A stretch of 64,000 nucleotides of DNA from an uncultured bacterium (GCA_937879955.1 CALFMK010000001.1:506356-570355); one strand, 5' to 3'. Counted from the stretch's first letter, positions 35,634-46,040 are shown. Notes: generated by a model from the sequence alone, not told the origin. Numbers and translations are program-made.

Positions 35634-37526
35634 ATGCCACCGACCCCTGAAGACGACCTCAGTACGCTCGAGCGCATGCGTCGCAGGCTCTACGCTGCCG
35701 ACGCGCCGGAGGAATTCAAGGCCCCGGCCCTCGCGCACGCAGATGCGCCGGCGCCTGCGGCAGAGGAGGGCTGGGCGCCTCCGGTCGTCGCGCCTAAGAA
35801 GCGCCGCGTATCCTACGCCGCGCTCTTCCTCGGGGGCGCCGCGCTCTTCTTCGTGCTCGCGACCGCCGCCGCCGCGTACTTCCTCATCTTCGGCGGGCGC
35901 TCGGTCTCGACCGATCACATAACCGTCACCACAGACGGCCCGACGAGCATAAGCAGCGGCGACACCGTCACGCTCCTCATCGCGGTAGAGAACGGGAACC
36001 CGGTGGCCGCGAAAGGGACCACGCTCTCCGTGGAGCTCCCCGATACGGCCCGGTCTCCGGAGAACCAGGAGGAGCCGTTCGCGCGGTACGAGGACACGCT
36101 CGGCGACATCGCGCCGGGCGAGACCGAATCGCGCTCGGTCCGCATGGTGCTGTTCGGCGCGGAGAACGAGCGCGTGGCCATCCCGATACGCCTCGAGTAC
36201 CGCGTGGACGGATCGAATGCGGTGTACGTGAAGGAGGCCGAGTACGACGTCGTCATCACGTCCTCGCCGATAAGCATCAGCGCGGAAGCCGTGACCGAGG
36301 CGTCGGCAGGGCAGACAATCACGTTCGCCGTGAAGGTGCGCTCGAACGCGAAGGAGACGATAGAGAACGTGGCGGTCCTCGCCGAGTACCCGTTCGGGTT
36401 CCAGGCGGCGCGCGGCCAGGGCCCGGTCTATCAGGTGGGTACGCTCGAGCCGGGAGAGGAACGCACCATCGCGGTGTCGGGCACGCTCTCGGGCGAGGAC
36501 AGCGACGAGCGCGTCTTCCGCTTCACGGCAGGCACCCGCAAGGACGCGTCGGCGAACCTCCTGACCGTCTCCTACGCGACGACTCCGGTATCGGTGGGGC
36601 TCAAGAAGCCGTTCCTGCAGACGACGCTCTCGATCGATCGCGATACGAGCACGTCGCCTGTCGTCGCGGCAGGGGCGCAGATCCAGAGCATCATCTCGTG
36701 GGTGAACACGCTCACCTCGCCGATCCTCGACGGACAGGTGTCCGTGAAGCTCTCGGGAACCGCGCTCGACGCCTCGTCGGTGACCGCCTACAGCGGCTTC
36801 TACCGCTCCTCCGACATGACGATCGTTTATTCCAAGGAGTCGGACCGCGGCCTCGCGAACCTTGCGCCGGGTGCGACCGGCAGCGGCTCGTTCATCTTCA
36901 GGGTGAAGCCGAACGCGTCGCTTGCGAACGTGAAGAACCCGACGATCGTCGCGACTGTCTCGGTAGCCGGGCGCCGCTATGACGAGAACAACGTGCCCGA
37001 GAGCGTCTCGTCCACGCTCGTGCGCACCATAAAGGTGGGTACCGAGCTCGAGCTCGCCGGGACCTCTCGCTACACGACGGGCCCGTTCAAGAACACCGGT
37101 CCGTGGCCGCCGGTCGCCGACCAGGAGACCACCTACACGCTCGACCTCGCGCTCTCGAACACCGTGAATTCGGTGGCGGACGCGGTCGTGACCGGCACGC
37201 TCCCGTCCTACGTGCGCTACGTAGGCGCCACGAACCCGGCTGACGGCTCCATCACCTATAACGCTGCGTCCCGTACCGTCACCTGGAAGGCAGGGGATGT
37301 CGCGATCGGCAGCGGGCACGGCACGGCTGCGCGCCAGGCCTCGTTCCAGGTCGCGCTGTTGCCAAGCATCTCGCAGCGCGGTACAAGTCCTGTACTCATG
37401 TCCGGGCTGAAGGCGACCGGATTCGACCGCTTCACGGAGCGGCAGCTCTCGGTCGGGCAGTCCGACATAACCACCCAGACGCTCGGCGATCCGGCCTTCG
37501 TCCAGGGGAAGGCAGAAGTGAAATAA
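35634..37526 (+). CDS. large membrane-anchored extracellular protein (repeated beta-domain architecture)
   Basis: 630 aa; N-terminal cytoplasmic segment, one TM helix, then long Thr/Ser/Val-rich beta-type repeats; no family recognised. Confidence 0.6.
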   Translation: MPPTPEDDLSTLERMRRRLYAADAPEEFKAPALAHADAPAPAAEEGWAPPVVAPKKRRVSYAALFLGGAALFFVLATAAAAYFLIFGGRSVSTDHITVTTDGPTSISSGDTVTLLIAVENGNPVAAKGTTLSVELPDTARSPENQEEPFARYEDTLGDIAPGETESRSVRMVLFGAENERVAIPIRLEYRVDGSNAVYVKEAEYDVVITSSPISISAEAVTEASAGQTITFAVKVRSNAKETIENVAVLAEYPFGFQAARGQGPVYQVGTLEPGEERTIAVSGTLSGEDSDERVFRFTAGTRKDASANLLTVSYATTPVSVGLKKPFLQTTLSIDRDTSTSPVVAAGAQIQSIISWVNTLTSPILDGQVSVKLSGTALDASSVTAYSGFYRSSDMTIVYSKESDRGLANLAPGATGSGSFIFRVKPNASLANVKNPTIVATVSVAGRRYDENNVPESVSSTLVRTIKVGTELELAGTSRYTTGPFKNTGPWPPVADQETTYTLDLALSNTVNSVADAVVTGTLPSYVRYVGATNPADGSITYNAASRTVTWKAGDVAIGSGHGTAARQASFQVALLPSISQRGTSPVLMSGLKATGFDRFTERQLSVGQSDITTQTLGDPAFVQGKAEVK

Positions 37527-37539
37527 CCTTTAGATACCT

Positions 37540-38865
37540 ATGAACGTCACGCTCGAACAGATAGTCTCGCTCGCGAAGCGCCGCGGATTCGTATTCCCGG
37601 GCTCAGAGATCTACGGCGGCCTCGCCGGCACCTTCGACTACGGGCCGCTCGGCGTGACGCTCAAGAAGAACATCGAGAACCTCTGGTGGCGCATGTTCGT
37701 GGAGGAGCGCGACGACATGTACGGCATCGACGCCGCCATCCTCATGAACCCGAAGGCGTGGGAGTCGTCCGGCCACGTGGCAGGATTCTCCGATCCTCTC
37801 GTCGACTGCAGCAACTGCAAGAAACGCTTCCGTGCGGATCATCTCGAGGACCCGAACGTATGCCCGGCATGCGGCAAGGAGGGAACGCTCGGCGAGGCGC
37901 GCCAGTTCAACATGATGTTCGCCACGAAGGCAGGCGCGTCCGAGGACGAGTCCGCCACCGTCTACCTCCGTCCCGAGACCGCGGGCGGCATGTTCGTGAA
38001 CTTCAAGAACGTCGTCGACTCCTTCCATCCGAAGCTCCCGTTCGGCCTCGCGCAGATCGGCAAGGCGTTCAGGAACGAGATCGCGCCGCGCGAGTTCGTG
38101 TTCCGCGTCCGCGAGCTCGAGCAGATGGAGGTGGAGTACTTCGTGCGCCCGGAGGAGTGGGAGGCCTCGTTCGAGGCATGGCGCGTAGGCATGCTCGCGT
38201 TCGCAGACGCTATCGGCCTCCCGAAGGACATGCTCCACGAGCTCGAGGTGTCGGCGGAGGACCGCGCGCACTACTCGAAGCGCACCATCGACTTCGAGTT
38301 CGACTATCCGTTCGGCCGCCGCGAGCTCTGGGGCCTCGCGTACCGCACCGACTTCGACCTGAAGGCGCACCAGGAGGGCTCGAGCGTGAGTCTCGAGTAC
38401 CAGGACGAGGAGACGAAGACGAAGTTCCTCCCGCACGTCATCGAGCCGTCGCTCGGCGTCGGCCGCACCATGCTCGCGGTCCTCGCGTCCGCGTACCGCG
38501 AGGACGAGCTCGGCGGCGAGACGCGCACCTACCTCGCGCTCAAGCCTGCGCTCGCTCCGGTGAAGGCCATGGTCTCGCCGCTCCTGAAGAACAAGCCCGA
38601 GCTCGTCGAGAAGGCGAAGGAGGTGCGCAAGCTCCTCCAGAAGGTGCATCCGGCAATCGCCTGGGACGATAACGGCAACATCGGCAAGCGGTACCGCCGC
38701 CAGGACGAGATCGGCACGCCGTTCTGCGTCACGGTTGATTTCGATACGCTCGGCGAGAACCCTGAGCTCGAGGGCACCGTCACGCTCCGCCATCGCGATA
38801 CGGGCGCGCAGGAGCGCCTCTCGATCGAGGAGGTCGCGGAGCGCATCCGCGCGTCCCTCGCCTAG
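37540..38865 (+). CDS. glyQS: glycine--tRNA ligase (dimeric GlyQS type)
   Basis: 441 aa; class II motifs, zinc-knuckle CSNCKKRFRADHL...CPACG, anticodon-binding C-terminus. Confidence 0.9.
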   Translation: MNVTLEQIVSLAKRRGFVFPGSEIYGGLAGTFDYGPLGVTLKKNIENLWWRMFVEERDDMYGIDAAILMNPKAWESSGHVAGFSDPLVDCSNCKKRFRADHLEDPNVCPACGKEGTLGEARQFNMMFATKAGASEDESATVYLRPETAGGMFVNFKNVVDSFHPKLPFGLAQIGKAFRNEIAPREFVFRVRELEQMEVEYFVRPEEWEASFEAWRVGMLAFADAIGLPKDMLHELEVSAEDRAHYSKRTIDFEFDYPFGRRELWGLAYRTDFDLKAHQEGSSVSLEYQDEETKTKFLPHVIEPSLGVGRTMLAVLASAYREDELGGETRTYLALKPALAPVKAMVSPLLKNKPELVEKAKEVRKLLQKVHPAIAWDDNGNIGKRYRRQDEIGTPFCVTVDFDTLGENPELEGTVTLRHRDTGAQERLSIEEVAERIRASLA

Positions 38866-38925
38866 CTTGACGGAGCGGGGAGGCGGGCGCATGCTCGCAC
38901 CAGACCAGGTCCCAAGGAGGAAGCC

Positions 38926-39249
38926 ATGCATGAAGGAAAGGCGCTCTGCGCCGTCCTGCTCGTGTTCGGATCTTCATCCGTACGCGCGCAGGAGATACAT
39001 CCCGATTTCCGGATCATCCGCTATTACGACCAGAGATTCTATGATGGCGCCGACGTGCCGTTCGCGGTATCGCCCCCGGAGATCTTATTCCGGCAGGGCA
39101 TATCCGAGCGGAGCATCGAGTCCGTCGTACGGAGGAAGGGCGTCGTTATAGAGGTCTGCGCGCCCATGAGAGAGAGGGATGGGTCGCTCCGGTGGCCGGT
39201 GCTCCGTGAGGAGCGGGAACGCTACTGCGTGCGGTACCGGAGACAATGA
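38926..39249 (+). CDS. small secreted protein
   Basis: 107 aa with signal peptide MHEGKALCAVLLVFGSSSVRA; GGAGG SD. Confidence 0.5.
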   Translation: MHEGKALCAVLLVFGSSSVRAQEIHPDFRIIRYYDQRFYDGADVPFAVSPPEILFRQGISERSIESVVRRKGVVIEVCAPMRERDGSLRWPVLREERERYCVRYRRQ

Positions 39250-39308
39250 GCGAAGCGGCAGTCAGGGACCCTGACTGCCGCTTTTCCGTTTCGTGGTACC
39301 ATTTCGCC

Positions 39309-40370
39309 ATGAATAAGAACGTCTCGATCAACATCACCGCGGGCACCATGCTGCTCGCGCTCGTCATCGGCGCCGCGGCCTACGCCCTCTGGCTCCTCCG
39401 CGATATCGCGCTCCTGGTGCTCACGGCCATCGTGATCGCCTCGGCGATCGAGCCTGGCGTCATGTTCTTCACGAAGCACCGCGTCCACCGCATCGTAGCC
39501 GTCACGGTCATGTATCTCCTGGTCTTCGGGTCGCTCTTCGGCCTCATCTACGCGTTCCTCCCGCCGATACTCGCGGAGACGCAGAGCTTCCTCATGAGCG
39601 CGCCGCAGTACCTGGATACGCTCAATCTGCCGTCCTCGCTCTCGGGCGTGGCCGAGACCGCGCGCACGGCCGCGGGCCCTGACCAGGCGCAGTCCATCTT
39701 CGACACGCTCCTCGCGTTCCAGTCCGCGTTCGCCGACACCTCGGGCGGCGCCATCCGCGTCATCTCGACCTTCTTCGGCGGCATCTTCTCGCTCATCCTC
39801 GTGGTGGTGCTGTCCTTCTACTTCGCTATCCAGTCGACCGGCGTCGAGGACTTCATCCGCCTCGTGACCCCTGCGAACCATGAGAAGTACGCGGTCGGCC
39901 TCTGGCAGCGCGCCCAGCGCAAGATAGGGCAGTGGATGCAGGGCCAGCTCCTCCTCTCGCTCATCGTGGGCGTCATCGTGTATCTCGGCCTCCTCATACT
40001 CGGGGTCCCGTACGCGCTCCTGCTCGCGGTCATCGCGGCGCTCCTCGACCTCATCCCGATCTTCGGGTCCTTCATCGCGGGCATCCTCGCGACCATCGTC
40101 GCGCTCGGCTCGGGCGGCATCACGCTCGCGCTCATCGTGGCGGGCCTCTTCCTCATCGTGAACCAGTTCGAGGGCAACCTCCTCTATCCGCTCGTGGTGA
40201 ACAAGGTGGTAGGCATACCGCCGCTCCTCGTTATCCTCGCCTTACTTGTCGGCGGCAGCCTCGCCGGCTTCCTCGGCGTGGTGCTTTCCATCCCGCTCGC
40301 CGCGGCCTTCCGCGAGTTCCTCTCGGACGTCGAGCGCACCAAGCGCCAGAAGGCGGCGTCCCTCGCATAG
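39309..40370 (+). CDS. AI-2E family transporter (UPF0118/PerM-like permease)
   Basis: 353 aa, about 8 TM helices, overall pattern of AI-2E family. Confidence 0.75.
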   Translation: MNKNVSINITAGTMLLALVIGAAAYALWLLRDIALLVLTAIVIASAIEPGVMFFTKHRVHRIVAVTVMYLLVFGSLFGLIYAFLPPILAETQSFLMSAPQYLDTLNLPSSLSGVAETARTAAGPDQAQSIFDTLLAFQSAFADTSGGAIRVISTFFGGIFSLILVVVLSFYFAIQSTGVEDFIRLVTPANHEKYAVGLWQRAQRKIGQWMQGQLLLSLIVGVIVYLGLLILGVPYALLLAVIAALLDLIPIFGSFIAGILATIVALGSGGITLALIVAGLFLIVNQFEGNLLYPLVVNKVVGIPPLLVILALLVGGSLAGFLGVVLSIPLAAAFREFLSDVERTKRQKAASLA

Positions 40371-40374
40371 GCGT

Positions 40375-41817
40375 ATGGCGCGCTACCTCACGACGACGCT
40401 CCCGTACGTGAACAGCGATCCCCATATCGGGTTCGCGCTCGAAATCGTGCAGGCGGACGCGCTCGCGCGCGCATGGCGCCTTTCCGGCGAGGAGGTCTTC
40501 TTCTCGACCGGCACCGACGAGCACGGGCAGAAGATCCTCCAGGCGGCACAGAAGGCGGGGCAGGGGGTACAGACATACGTCGACCATTACGCCGGCGAGT
40601 TCGAGAAGCTGAAGGGCGCGCTCGCGATAAGCAACGACGCGTTCATCCGTACTACGGACCCGCGCCACGTCCTCGCGGCGCAGGAGATGTGGCGCCGATG
40701 CGAGAAGGCAGGTGATATCTATAAGAAGAGCTATACGGGCCTGTACTGCGTCGGCTGCGAGGCGTACAAGACCGAGAAGGAGGTCTCCGAGGACGGGCAC
40801 TGTCTCATCCACACGAACCTGCTCCTCGAGGAGATCGTGGAGGAGAACTACTTCTTCCGCCTCTCGAAGTACCAGGACCGGCTGCTCGCGTACCTCGAGA
40901 AGCCTGAGTCCGTTATCCCGGACTGGCGTCGCCAAGAGGCGATCAACTTCGTGAAGGGCGGCCTTGAGGACTTCAGCATCTCGCGCGACGTGGCGAGGCT
41001 CTCGTGGGGCATCCCGGTGCCGGGTGACGATACGCAGGTGATGTACGTCTGGTTCGACGCGCTCACGAACTACGTCTCCACGCTCGGCTGGCCCGAGGAA
41101 GGAGGGAATTTCGATGCGTTCTGGAACGAAGGGACGGTGCTCCAGGTTGCCGGGAAGGATCAGGTCCGCTTCCAGTCCGTCATGTGGCAGGCGATGCTCA
41201 TGTCGGCGGAGCTGAAGGCCACCGACCGGGTCTTCTATCACGGCTTCATAAACTCGGGCGGACAGAAGATGTCGAAGTCCCTCGGGAACGTCATCAGCCC
41301 GTACGAGCTCAAGGACAAGTACGGCACCGACGCGACCCGGTACCTCCTCCTGCGCCACGTGCATCCGACCGAGGACTCCGACGTCACCTGGGAGCGTCTC
41401 GACGAGTGGTACACCGCGAACCTCGTGAACGGCCTCGGGAACCTCGTGGCCCGCGTGATGAAGCTCGCGGAGGACAACCTCACGGGCCCGGTCAAGCTCG
41501 AGAAGGGCGATATGGACATCGATCCGGCCTTCGCCCATGCGCTCGATCGCTTCGCCTTCAACGAGGCTGTCGATTACGTCTTCGCCATCATCGGCGAGTG
41601 CGACGCGTACATGACCGCGAAGGAGCCGTACAAGAAGGTGAAGAGCCCGGACGACGGCATCGCGAACGACGGCAGGGAGGATATCTCGTTCCTGGTCCGG
41701 AAGCTCGCCCTCGTCGGTACGCACCTGGCGCCTCTCATGCCTGCCACGAGCGAGCGCATCCTCGAGGCGGTCGCGAGCAACGCGAAGCCGGAGAACCTGT
41801 TCCCTCGTTTGACATAG
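40375..41817 (+). CDS. metG: methionine--tRNA ligase (short form, no C-terminal tRNA-binding domain)
   Basis: HIGH motif PYVNSDPHIGFALE, zinc knuckle CVGCEAY...DGHC, KMSKS motif QKMSKSLGN. Confidence 0.9.
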   Translation: MARYLTTTLPYVNSDPHIGFALEIVQADALARAWRLSGEEVFFSTGTDEHGQKILQAAQKAGQGVQTYVDHYAGEFEKLKGALAISNDAFIRTTDPRHVLAAQEMWRRCEKAGDIYKKSYTGLYCVGCEAYKTEKEVSEDGHCLIHTNLLLEEIVEENYFFRLSKYQDRLLAYLEKPESVIPDWRRQEAINFVKGGLEDFSISRDVARLSWGIPVPGDDTQVMYVWFDALTNYVSTLGWPEEGGNFDAFWNEGTVLQVAGKDQVRFQSVMWQAMLMSAELKATDRVFYHGFINSGGQKMSKSLGNVISPYELKDKYGTDATRYLLLRHVHPTEDSDVTWERLDEWYTANLVNGLGNLVARVMKLAEDNLTGPVKLEKGDMDIDPAFAHALDRFAFNEAVDYVFAIIGECDAYMTAKEPYKKVKSPDDGIANDGREDISFLVRKLALVGTHLAPLMPATSERILEAVASNAKPENLFPRLT

Positions 41818-41869
41818 GCGGTCCAGGAACCCATCCTGACGACAGGGTCCATCAAGGAAGGGTCTTTCG

Positions 41870-42262
41870 ATGTTCGCACTATCCAGGATATCCGGGTACG
41901 TCACGCTCTCCGCGCTGATCGTGTTCGGTCTCGCGCATGCGGTGCTGGTCCATACGGGCGTCCGGTCCGAGACGATCGCCATGATCCACTGGATCGCGCT
42001 CTGCGCTGCCGTCTTCGGAAACCTCGTCATGGCTGCGAGCCGCCGGGCACCGCTCTCGTACTGTCTTGCGGTCATGATGGCGGTCGCGCTGCCGTGCATC
42101 CTTAGCGCGTACGCGGTCTATGAGCCGGGACGGGCGCTCGTCGTCGGCTCGCTGTACGGAGGCGTGATTGCCGCGCTCCTGTATGCAGAGAGCGGCCAGT
42201 ACGCCGACCCTACCGGCTTCATGGGCGACGCTCCGTCCGAGGCGTCGGACGGCGATGCATAG
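41870..42262 (+). CDS. hypothetical membrane protein
   Basis: 130 aa, 4 predicted TM helices. Confidence 0.5.
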   Translation: MFALSRISGYVTLSALIVFGLAHAVLVHTGVRSETIAMIHWIALCAAVFGNLVMAASRRAPLSYCLAVMMAVALPCILSAYAVYEPGRALVVGSLYGGVIAALLYAESGQYADPTGFMGDAPSEASDGDA

Positions 42263-42317
42263 TACGGTCACGGGCCCGTCTTCGGACGGGCCCTCTTTCT
42301 GTGCTACGGTATCCTCC

Positions 42318-43109
42318 ATGAAGTATTTCGACGCGCACTGCCACGTCCAGTTCGATCCGTACGACGCGGACCGTGCGGACGTCATCCGCACGATGCAGGA
42401 GAAGGAGGTGGGCGGCATGGTCGTCGGCGTCGACCTCGACTCGTCGGTGAAGGCGCTCCGGCTCGTCGAGAACCTGCCGGGCTTCTACGCGGCGGCCGGC
42501 CTCCATCCGAATTACGTCACGGAAGAGCGCTTCGATATGGAATCGTTCCGCGCGATCCTCCGCCATCCGAAGATGAAGGCGGTAGGGGAGTGCGGCCTCG
42601 ACAATTACCGTCCTGAAGACGTTGAGGCGGCGAAGGAAGAACAGAAGAAGGTATTCGTGCAGCATATCGAGCTCGCTATCGAGGCCGACAAGCCGCTCAT
42701 GATCCACTCCCGTCCGTCGAAGGGGACGCAGGACGCGTACCGGGACATGATCGACATCCTCTGCTCCTACAAGAAGGACCATGGGGACCGGCTCCGGGGC
42801 GACATCCATTTCTTCGTAGGAGGCGTCGAGGAGGCGAGGGACTTCGTCGACCTCGGATTCACCATGTCCTTCACGGCGGTCCTCACCTTCGCGCGCGACT
42901 ATGACGAGGTGGTCAGGTACCTGCCGCTTTCGAGCATCATCACGGAGACCGACTCCCCGTACCTGGCTCCCAAGCGCATCCGCGGGAAGCGCAACGAGCC
43001 CGTCTCGGTGATCGACGTGGTCGAGGCCATGGCAGAGATCCGCGGCGAGGACCCCGAATCGGTCCGGGCGGCCGTCCTCGCGAACGCCACGAGGCTCTTC
43101 GAGCTCTGA
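42318..43109 (+). CDS. tatD: TatD-family metal-dependent hydrolase/DNase
   Basis: FDAHCHVQF N-terminal His pair, GECGLD, downstream H/D metal ligands in TIM-barrel spacing. Confidence 0.85.
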   Translation: MKYFDAHCHVQFDPYDADRADVIRTMQEKEVGGMVVGVDLDSSVKALRLVENLPGFYAAAGLHPNYVTEERFDMESFRAILRHPKMKAVGECGLDNYRPEDVEAAKEEQKKVFVQHIELAIEADKPLMIHSRPSKGTQDAYRDMIDILCSYKKDHGDRLRGDIHFFVGGVEEARDFVDLGFTMSFTAVLTFARDYDEVVRYLPLSSIITETDSPYLAPKRIRGKRNEPVSVIDVVEAMAEIRGEDPESVRAAVLANATRLFEL

Positions 43110-43141
43110 TTTGCATAAAAGCGAGCATCTATAAGGGTTTC

Positions 43142-43170
43142 TTGCCGCCCATGCCTTTGCGTGGTACAGT
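43142..43170 (+). promoter_or_regulatory. putative promoter of rpsF-ssb-rpsR (TTGCCG-N17-TGgTACAGT)
   Basis: same extended -10 element as upstream of rplS and rplJ. Confidence 0.4.
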
Positions 43171-43181
43171 GCGCGAGTTAT

Positions 43182-43670
43182 ATGAACACAGACATCGAAA
43201 ACGGTGCAGGCAGCACCGAGCAGGAGCTTGAAGCGGGATATAACGAGTCCCGTGTGTATGAGCTCGGCTTCCATATCGATCCTGAACTGCCTCAGGAAGA
43301 AGTGAAGAAGACCTACCAGTCGATCCGCGAGAAGGCATCGACCCTCGTCGCCGAGGGCGAGCCGCAGAAGATCCCGCTCGCGTACACCATCTCCCGCAAG
43401 GTGCAGGGAGGCGGCCGCCGGGACTACGACAGCGCGTACTTCGCCTGGATCGCCTACGAGGCAGCCGCTCCGGAGCACGAGGCGCTCCTCGAGGCCGTGA
43501 AGGCCGAGGGCCGCATCATCCGCTTCATCGACCTCCGCACCGACGCTGACGCGGCGAAGCACGCAGCCGAGATGCACGAGATCTACGCGAAGATGGGCGA
43601 GAGTCAGATCGCAGAGACCGAGGTGAACGACACCGAGCTCGACGCGGCACTCAAGGAGGCGGGCGCTTAA
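43182..43670 (+). CDS. rpsF: 30S ribosomal protein S6 (with N- and C-terminal extensions)
   Basis: core RVYELGFHIDPEL...IRFIDLRTD resembles S6 fold; heads canonical rpsF-ssb-rpsR arrangement; alternative GTG start 43161. Confidence 0.7.
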   Translation: MNTDIENGAGSTEQELEAGYNESRVYELGFHIDPELPQEEVKKTYQSIREKASTLVAEGEPQKIPLAYTISRKVQGGGRRDYDSAYFAWIAYEAAAPEHEALLEAVKAEGRIIRFIDLRTDADAAKHAAEMHEIYAKMGESQIAETEVNDTELDAALKEAGA

Positions 43671-43692
43671 CACGGGGTATACTTAAGGGCAT

Positions 43693-44160
43693 ATGTATCT
43701 CAACAAAGTCCTTCTCTACGGAAACCTTACCCGCGACCCTGAGCTCAAGGCGCTGCCTTCGGGCCAGCAGGTAGCATCCTTCGGCCTCGCGACGAACCGC
43801 TCCTTCAAGGGCAAGGACGGCGCGCAGCAGGAGCAGACCGAGTTCCACAACATCGTGGCGTTCGGCCGCACCGCGGAGGTCATGGGCCAGTACCTGAAGA
43901 AGGGACGCCCGATCTACGTCGAGGGCCGCATCCAGACCCGCTCGTGGGATAAGGATGGCCAGAAGCAGTACCGCACCGAGATCGTCGTCGATACCTTCCA
44001 GTTCGGCGCGCAGGCAGGAGGCGATGGCGCGTCTCGCAGCTACGGCAGCTCTGCTCCTCGCGAGGAGTCGAGCGCTCCTGCAGCCCAGGCTCCGGCCGAC
44101 ATGGGCGCGGACATCCAGTACCCGGACGAAGAGATCAACCCAGAAGACATCCCATTCTAG
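43693..44160 (+). CDS. ssb: single-stranded DNA-binding protein
   Basis: OB fold MYLNKVLLYGNLTRDPEL..., acidic tail ending DIPF. Confidence 0.9.
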   Translation: MYLNKVLLYGNLTRDPELKALPSGQQVASFGLATNRSFKGKDGAQQEQTEFHNIVAFGRTAEVMGQYLKKGRPIYVEGRIQTRSWDKDGQKQYRTEIVVDTFQFGAQAGGDGASRSYGSSAPREESSAPAAQAPADMGADIQYPDEEINPEDIPF

Positions 44161-44180
44161 TTTCAGATTAAACAATTACC

Positions 44181-44387
44181 ATGGCACATCACTCAGACCG
44201 TGAAGAGATAGAGCAGAAGAAGTTCGTGGACTACAAGGACGTCCAGTACCTCCGCCAGTTCATGTCGCCGCACGCGAAGATCCTCGCGAAGAAGCGCACG
44301 AACGTCCAGGCGAGCCGCCAGCGCGAGATCGCGCTCGCGATCAAGCGCGCCCGCTACATGGCGCTCCTCCCGTACCTCGCCGCGTAA
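44181..44387 (+). CDS. rpsR: 30S ribosomal protein S18
   Basis: 68 aa; KKFVDYKDVQYLRQFMSPHAKILAKKRTNVQASRQREIALAIKRARYMALLPY. Confidence 0.9.
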   Translation: MAHHSDREEIEQKKFVDYKDVQYLRQFMSPHAKILAKKRTNVQASRQREIALAIKRARYMALLPYLAA

Positions 44388-44400
44388 GCGAAGAGGGAAG

Positions 44401-44436
44401 GATGACAAGACCCGCTCATGGCGGGTCTTGTCATTT
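44401..44436. terminator. terminator hairpin
   Basis: GATGACAAGACCCGC-TCAT-GGCGGGTCTTGTCATT plus T tract. Confidence 0.75.
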
Positions 44437-44508
44437 TCATCCGTACATGGTTTCCTTCGCTCGGAAGGACGGCACGAGGCCGTTCCCAAAGAAGGAAAGG
44501 GAGGACCT

Positions 44509-44679
44509 ATGTCCACCAAGAAGAAAAGTGGCGGCGTGCCCGGCTGGCTCATCGCCGTGGTCGTGATCGCTCTGGCCGGCCTGGGCTACTGGCTGCTCAA
44601 CTACAAGCCGGCGCAGTCGCAGACGCTCGCTCCCGCCCCCATGGACGCCGTGCCGGTCACCTCCCAGACCGCGCACTAG
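44509..44679 (+). CDS. small membrane protein (56 aa)
   Basis: GGGAGG SD then ATG; MSTKKKSGGVPGWLIAVVVIALAGLGYWLL single TM helix; track ORF start 44428 lies inside terminator so internal start preferred. Confidence 0.4.
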   Translation: MSTKKKSGGVPGWLIAVVVIALAGLGYWLLNYKPAQSQTLAPAPMDAVPVTSQTAH

Positions 44680-44803
44680 CGCGCACCGAGGCCCTCTTCG
44701 CGAGAAGGGGGCCTTTCGCTTTGCACATGAGCCTGGCATAGGACGCGTCATGCAAAAAGGGCGGCGGATACAATCCGCCGCCCTTTAGCTGCATCCTCTC
44801 GAG

Positions 44804-45379
44804 CTATGCCTTCTCGACGCGCTCGACGTACTCGCCGGTGTCGGTGTTGATGCGCAGGACATCCCCCTCGTTGATGAAGAGCGGGGTGGTGACATAGGCG
44901 CCGCTCTCGAGCATGACCTTCTTGTCGCCGCCGGTGGCGGTGTCGCCCTTCACCGCAGGAGGGGCCTCCTTCACCTTGAGGTCCACCTTGATCGGGATGG
45001 AGATGGTCATCGGCTCGTCATTGTAGAGCATGACCTCCACCGGCGCGTTCTGCACCAGCCACTGGAGCTTCTCGTGGATGGCATCCTCAGGGAAGGAGAA
45101 GCGGTTCTTCGGGTTGCCCGCCTCCGTGAACCAGGACTCGCCGCGGTTCGTGTAGAGGTAGGTCGCCTGCATGCGGCCGATGTCGGCCTCAGGGACGGTC
45201 TCGCTCTGGTGGAAGGAGATCTCGAGGACCTTGCCCGAGACGAGGTGCTTGAGCTTCGTCTGGTTCACCGGCTTCCTCTGCTGCATGCGGAAGACGTGCG
45301 AGGACAGGACCTCGTACGGCTCATTGTTGTACACGATGACCTTCTTCTGCGTGATCTCGTTGTAGGAAAGTATTGCCAT
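44804..45379 (-). CDS. efp: elongation factor P
   Basis: 191 aa from internal ATG (MAILSYNEI...); three OB/KOW-like domains typical of EF-P; upstream extension of the ORF would overlap the sigma factor gene. Confidence 0.85.
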   Translation of the reverse strand: MAILSYNEITQKKVIVYNNEPYEVLSSHVFRMQQRKPVNQTKLKHLVSGKVLEISFHQSETVPEADIGRMQATYLYTNRGESWFTEAGNPKNRFSFPEDAIHEKLQWLVQNAPVEVMLYNDEPMTISIPIKVDLKVKEAPPAVKGDTATGGDKKVMLESGAYVTTPLFINEGDVLRINTDTGEYVERVEKA

Positions 45380-45416
45380 GGATGTAACGAAGGGAGCGGT
45401 GGGCGCGTTATAAAAA

Positions 45417-46040
45417 ATGCCGGGCTCCCGGATAGGGGGTATGATACAGGACACCATGCGGGAAGCAACCACGCCGCCGGAGGTCCTGTCCGACGAGGAC
45501 ATCCTCAGGGCCTCGAACGAGGACCCGGCACTCTTCGCGACCCTCGTCTCTAGGTATGAGGCGGCGTTCCTCCGGAAGGCGCAGTCCATCGTCCGCTCGC
45601 CCGAGGACGCCGAGGAAGTGGTCCAGGACGCCTTCACCCGCATCTACCTGTATGCGGACCGGTATCAGGCGCAGGAGGGCGCCAGCTTCTCCTCCTGGGC
45701 GTACATGATCCTCACGAGGCTCGCGTTCACCCGGTACCAGAAGCTGAAGGCGAAGAACGTCCGGTTCCCGGAGCTCGACCCAGAAGCGTACGAGCGGATA
45801 CCGGAGGAGGGTACCTTCCTCGACGGCCTCACGCTCCGGAACGAGGTGCTCATGGCGCTGGCCAAGCTCCCGGAGGCTGCCGCCCGGGTCCTCTCGCTCC
45901 AGTTCCTCGAGGGGAAGACGCAGGAGGAGATCGCGGCGAGCGAGGGCTCTACGGTCCCGGCCGTGAAGACCAGGGTGCATCGCGCGAAGAAGCTATTAAA
46001 GGAAGCGCTCGAACGTAACGCTAAGACCCATGAACGATAG
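45417..46040 (+). CDS. ECF-type RNA polymerase sigma-70 factor
   Basis: region 2 (VVQDAFTRIYLYADRY) and region 4 HTH (LSLQFLEGKTQEEIAASEGSTVPAVKTRVHRAKKLL). Confidence 0.8.
   Translation: MPGSRIGGMIQDTMREATTPPEVLSDEDILRASNEDPALFATLVSRYEAAFLRKAQSIVRSPEDAEEVVQDAFTRIYLYADRYQAQEGASFSSWAYMILTRLAFTRYQKLKAKNVRFPELDPEAYERIPEEGTFLDGLTLRNEVLMALAKLPEAAARVLSLQFLEGKTQEEIAASEGSTVPAVKTRVHRAKKLLKEALERNAKTHER

Noticed and set aside
35415-37319. 634-aa minus-strand ORF
   Set aside because: Antisense to the 630-aa surface protein gene; Arg/Gly-rich, no signal/TM logic.
40231-42099. 622-aa minus-strand ORF across metG
   Set aside because: Antisense to metG (HIGH/KMSKS motifs on + strand).
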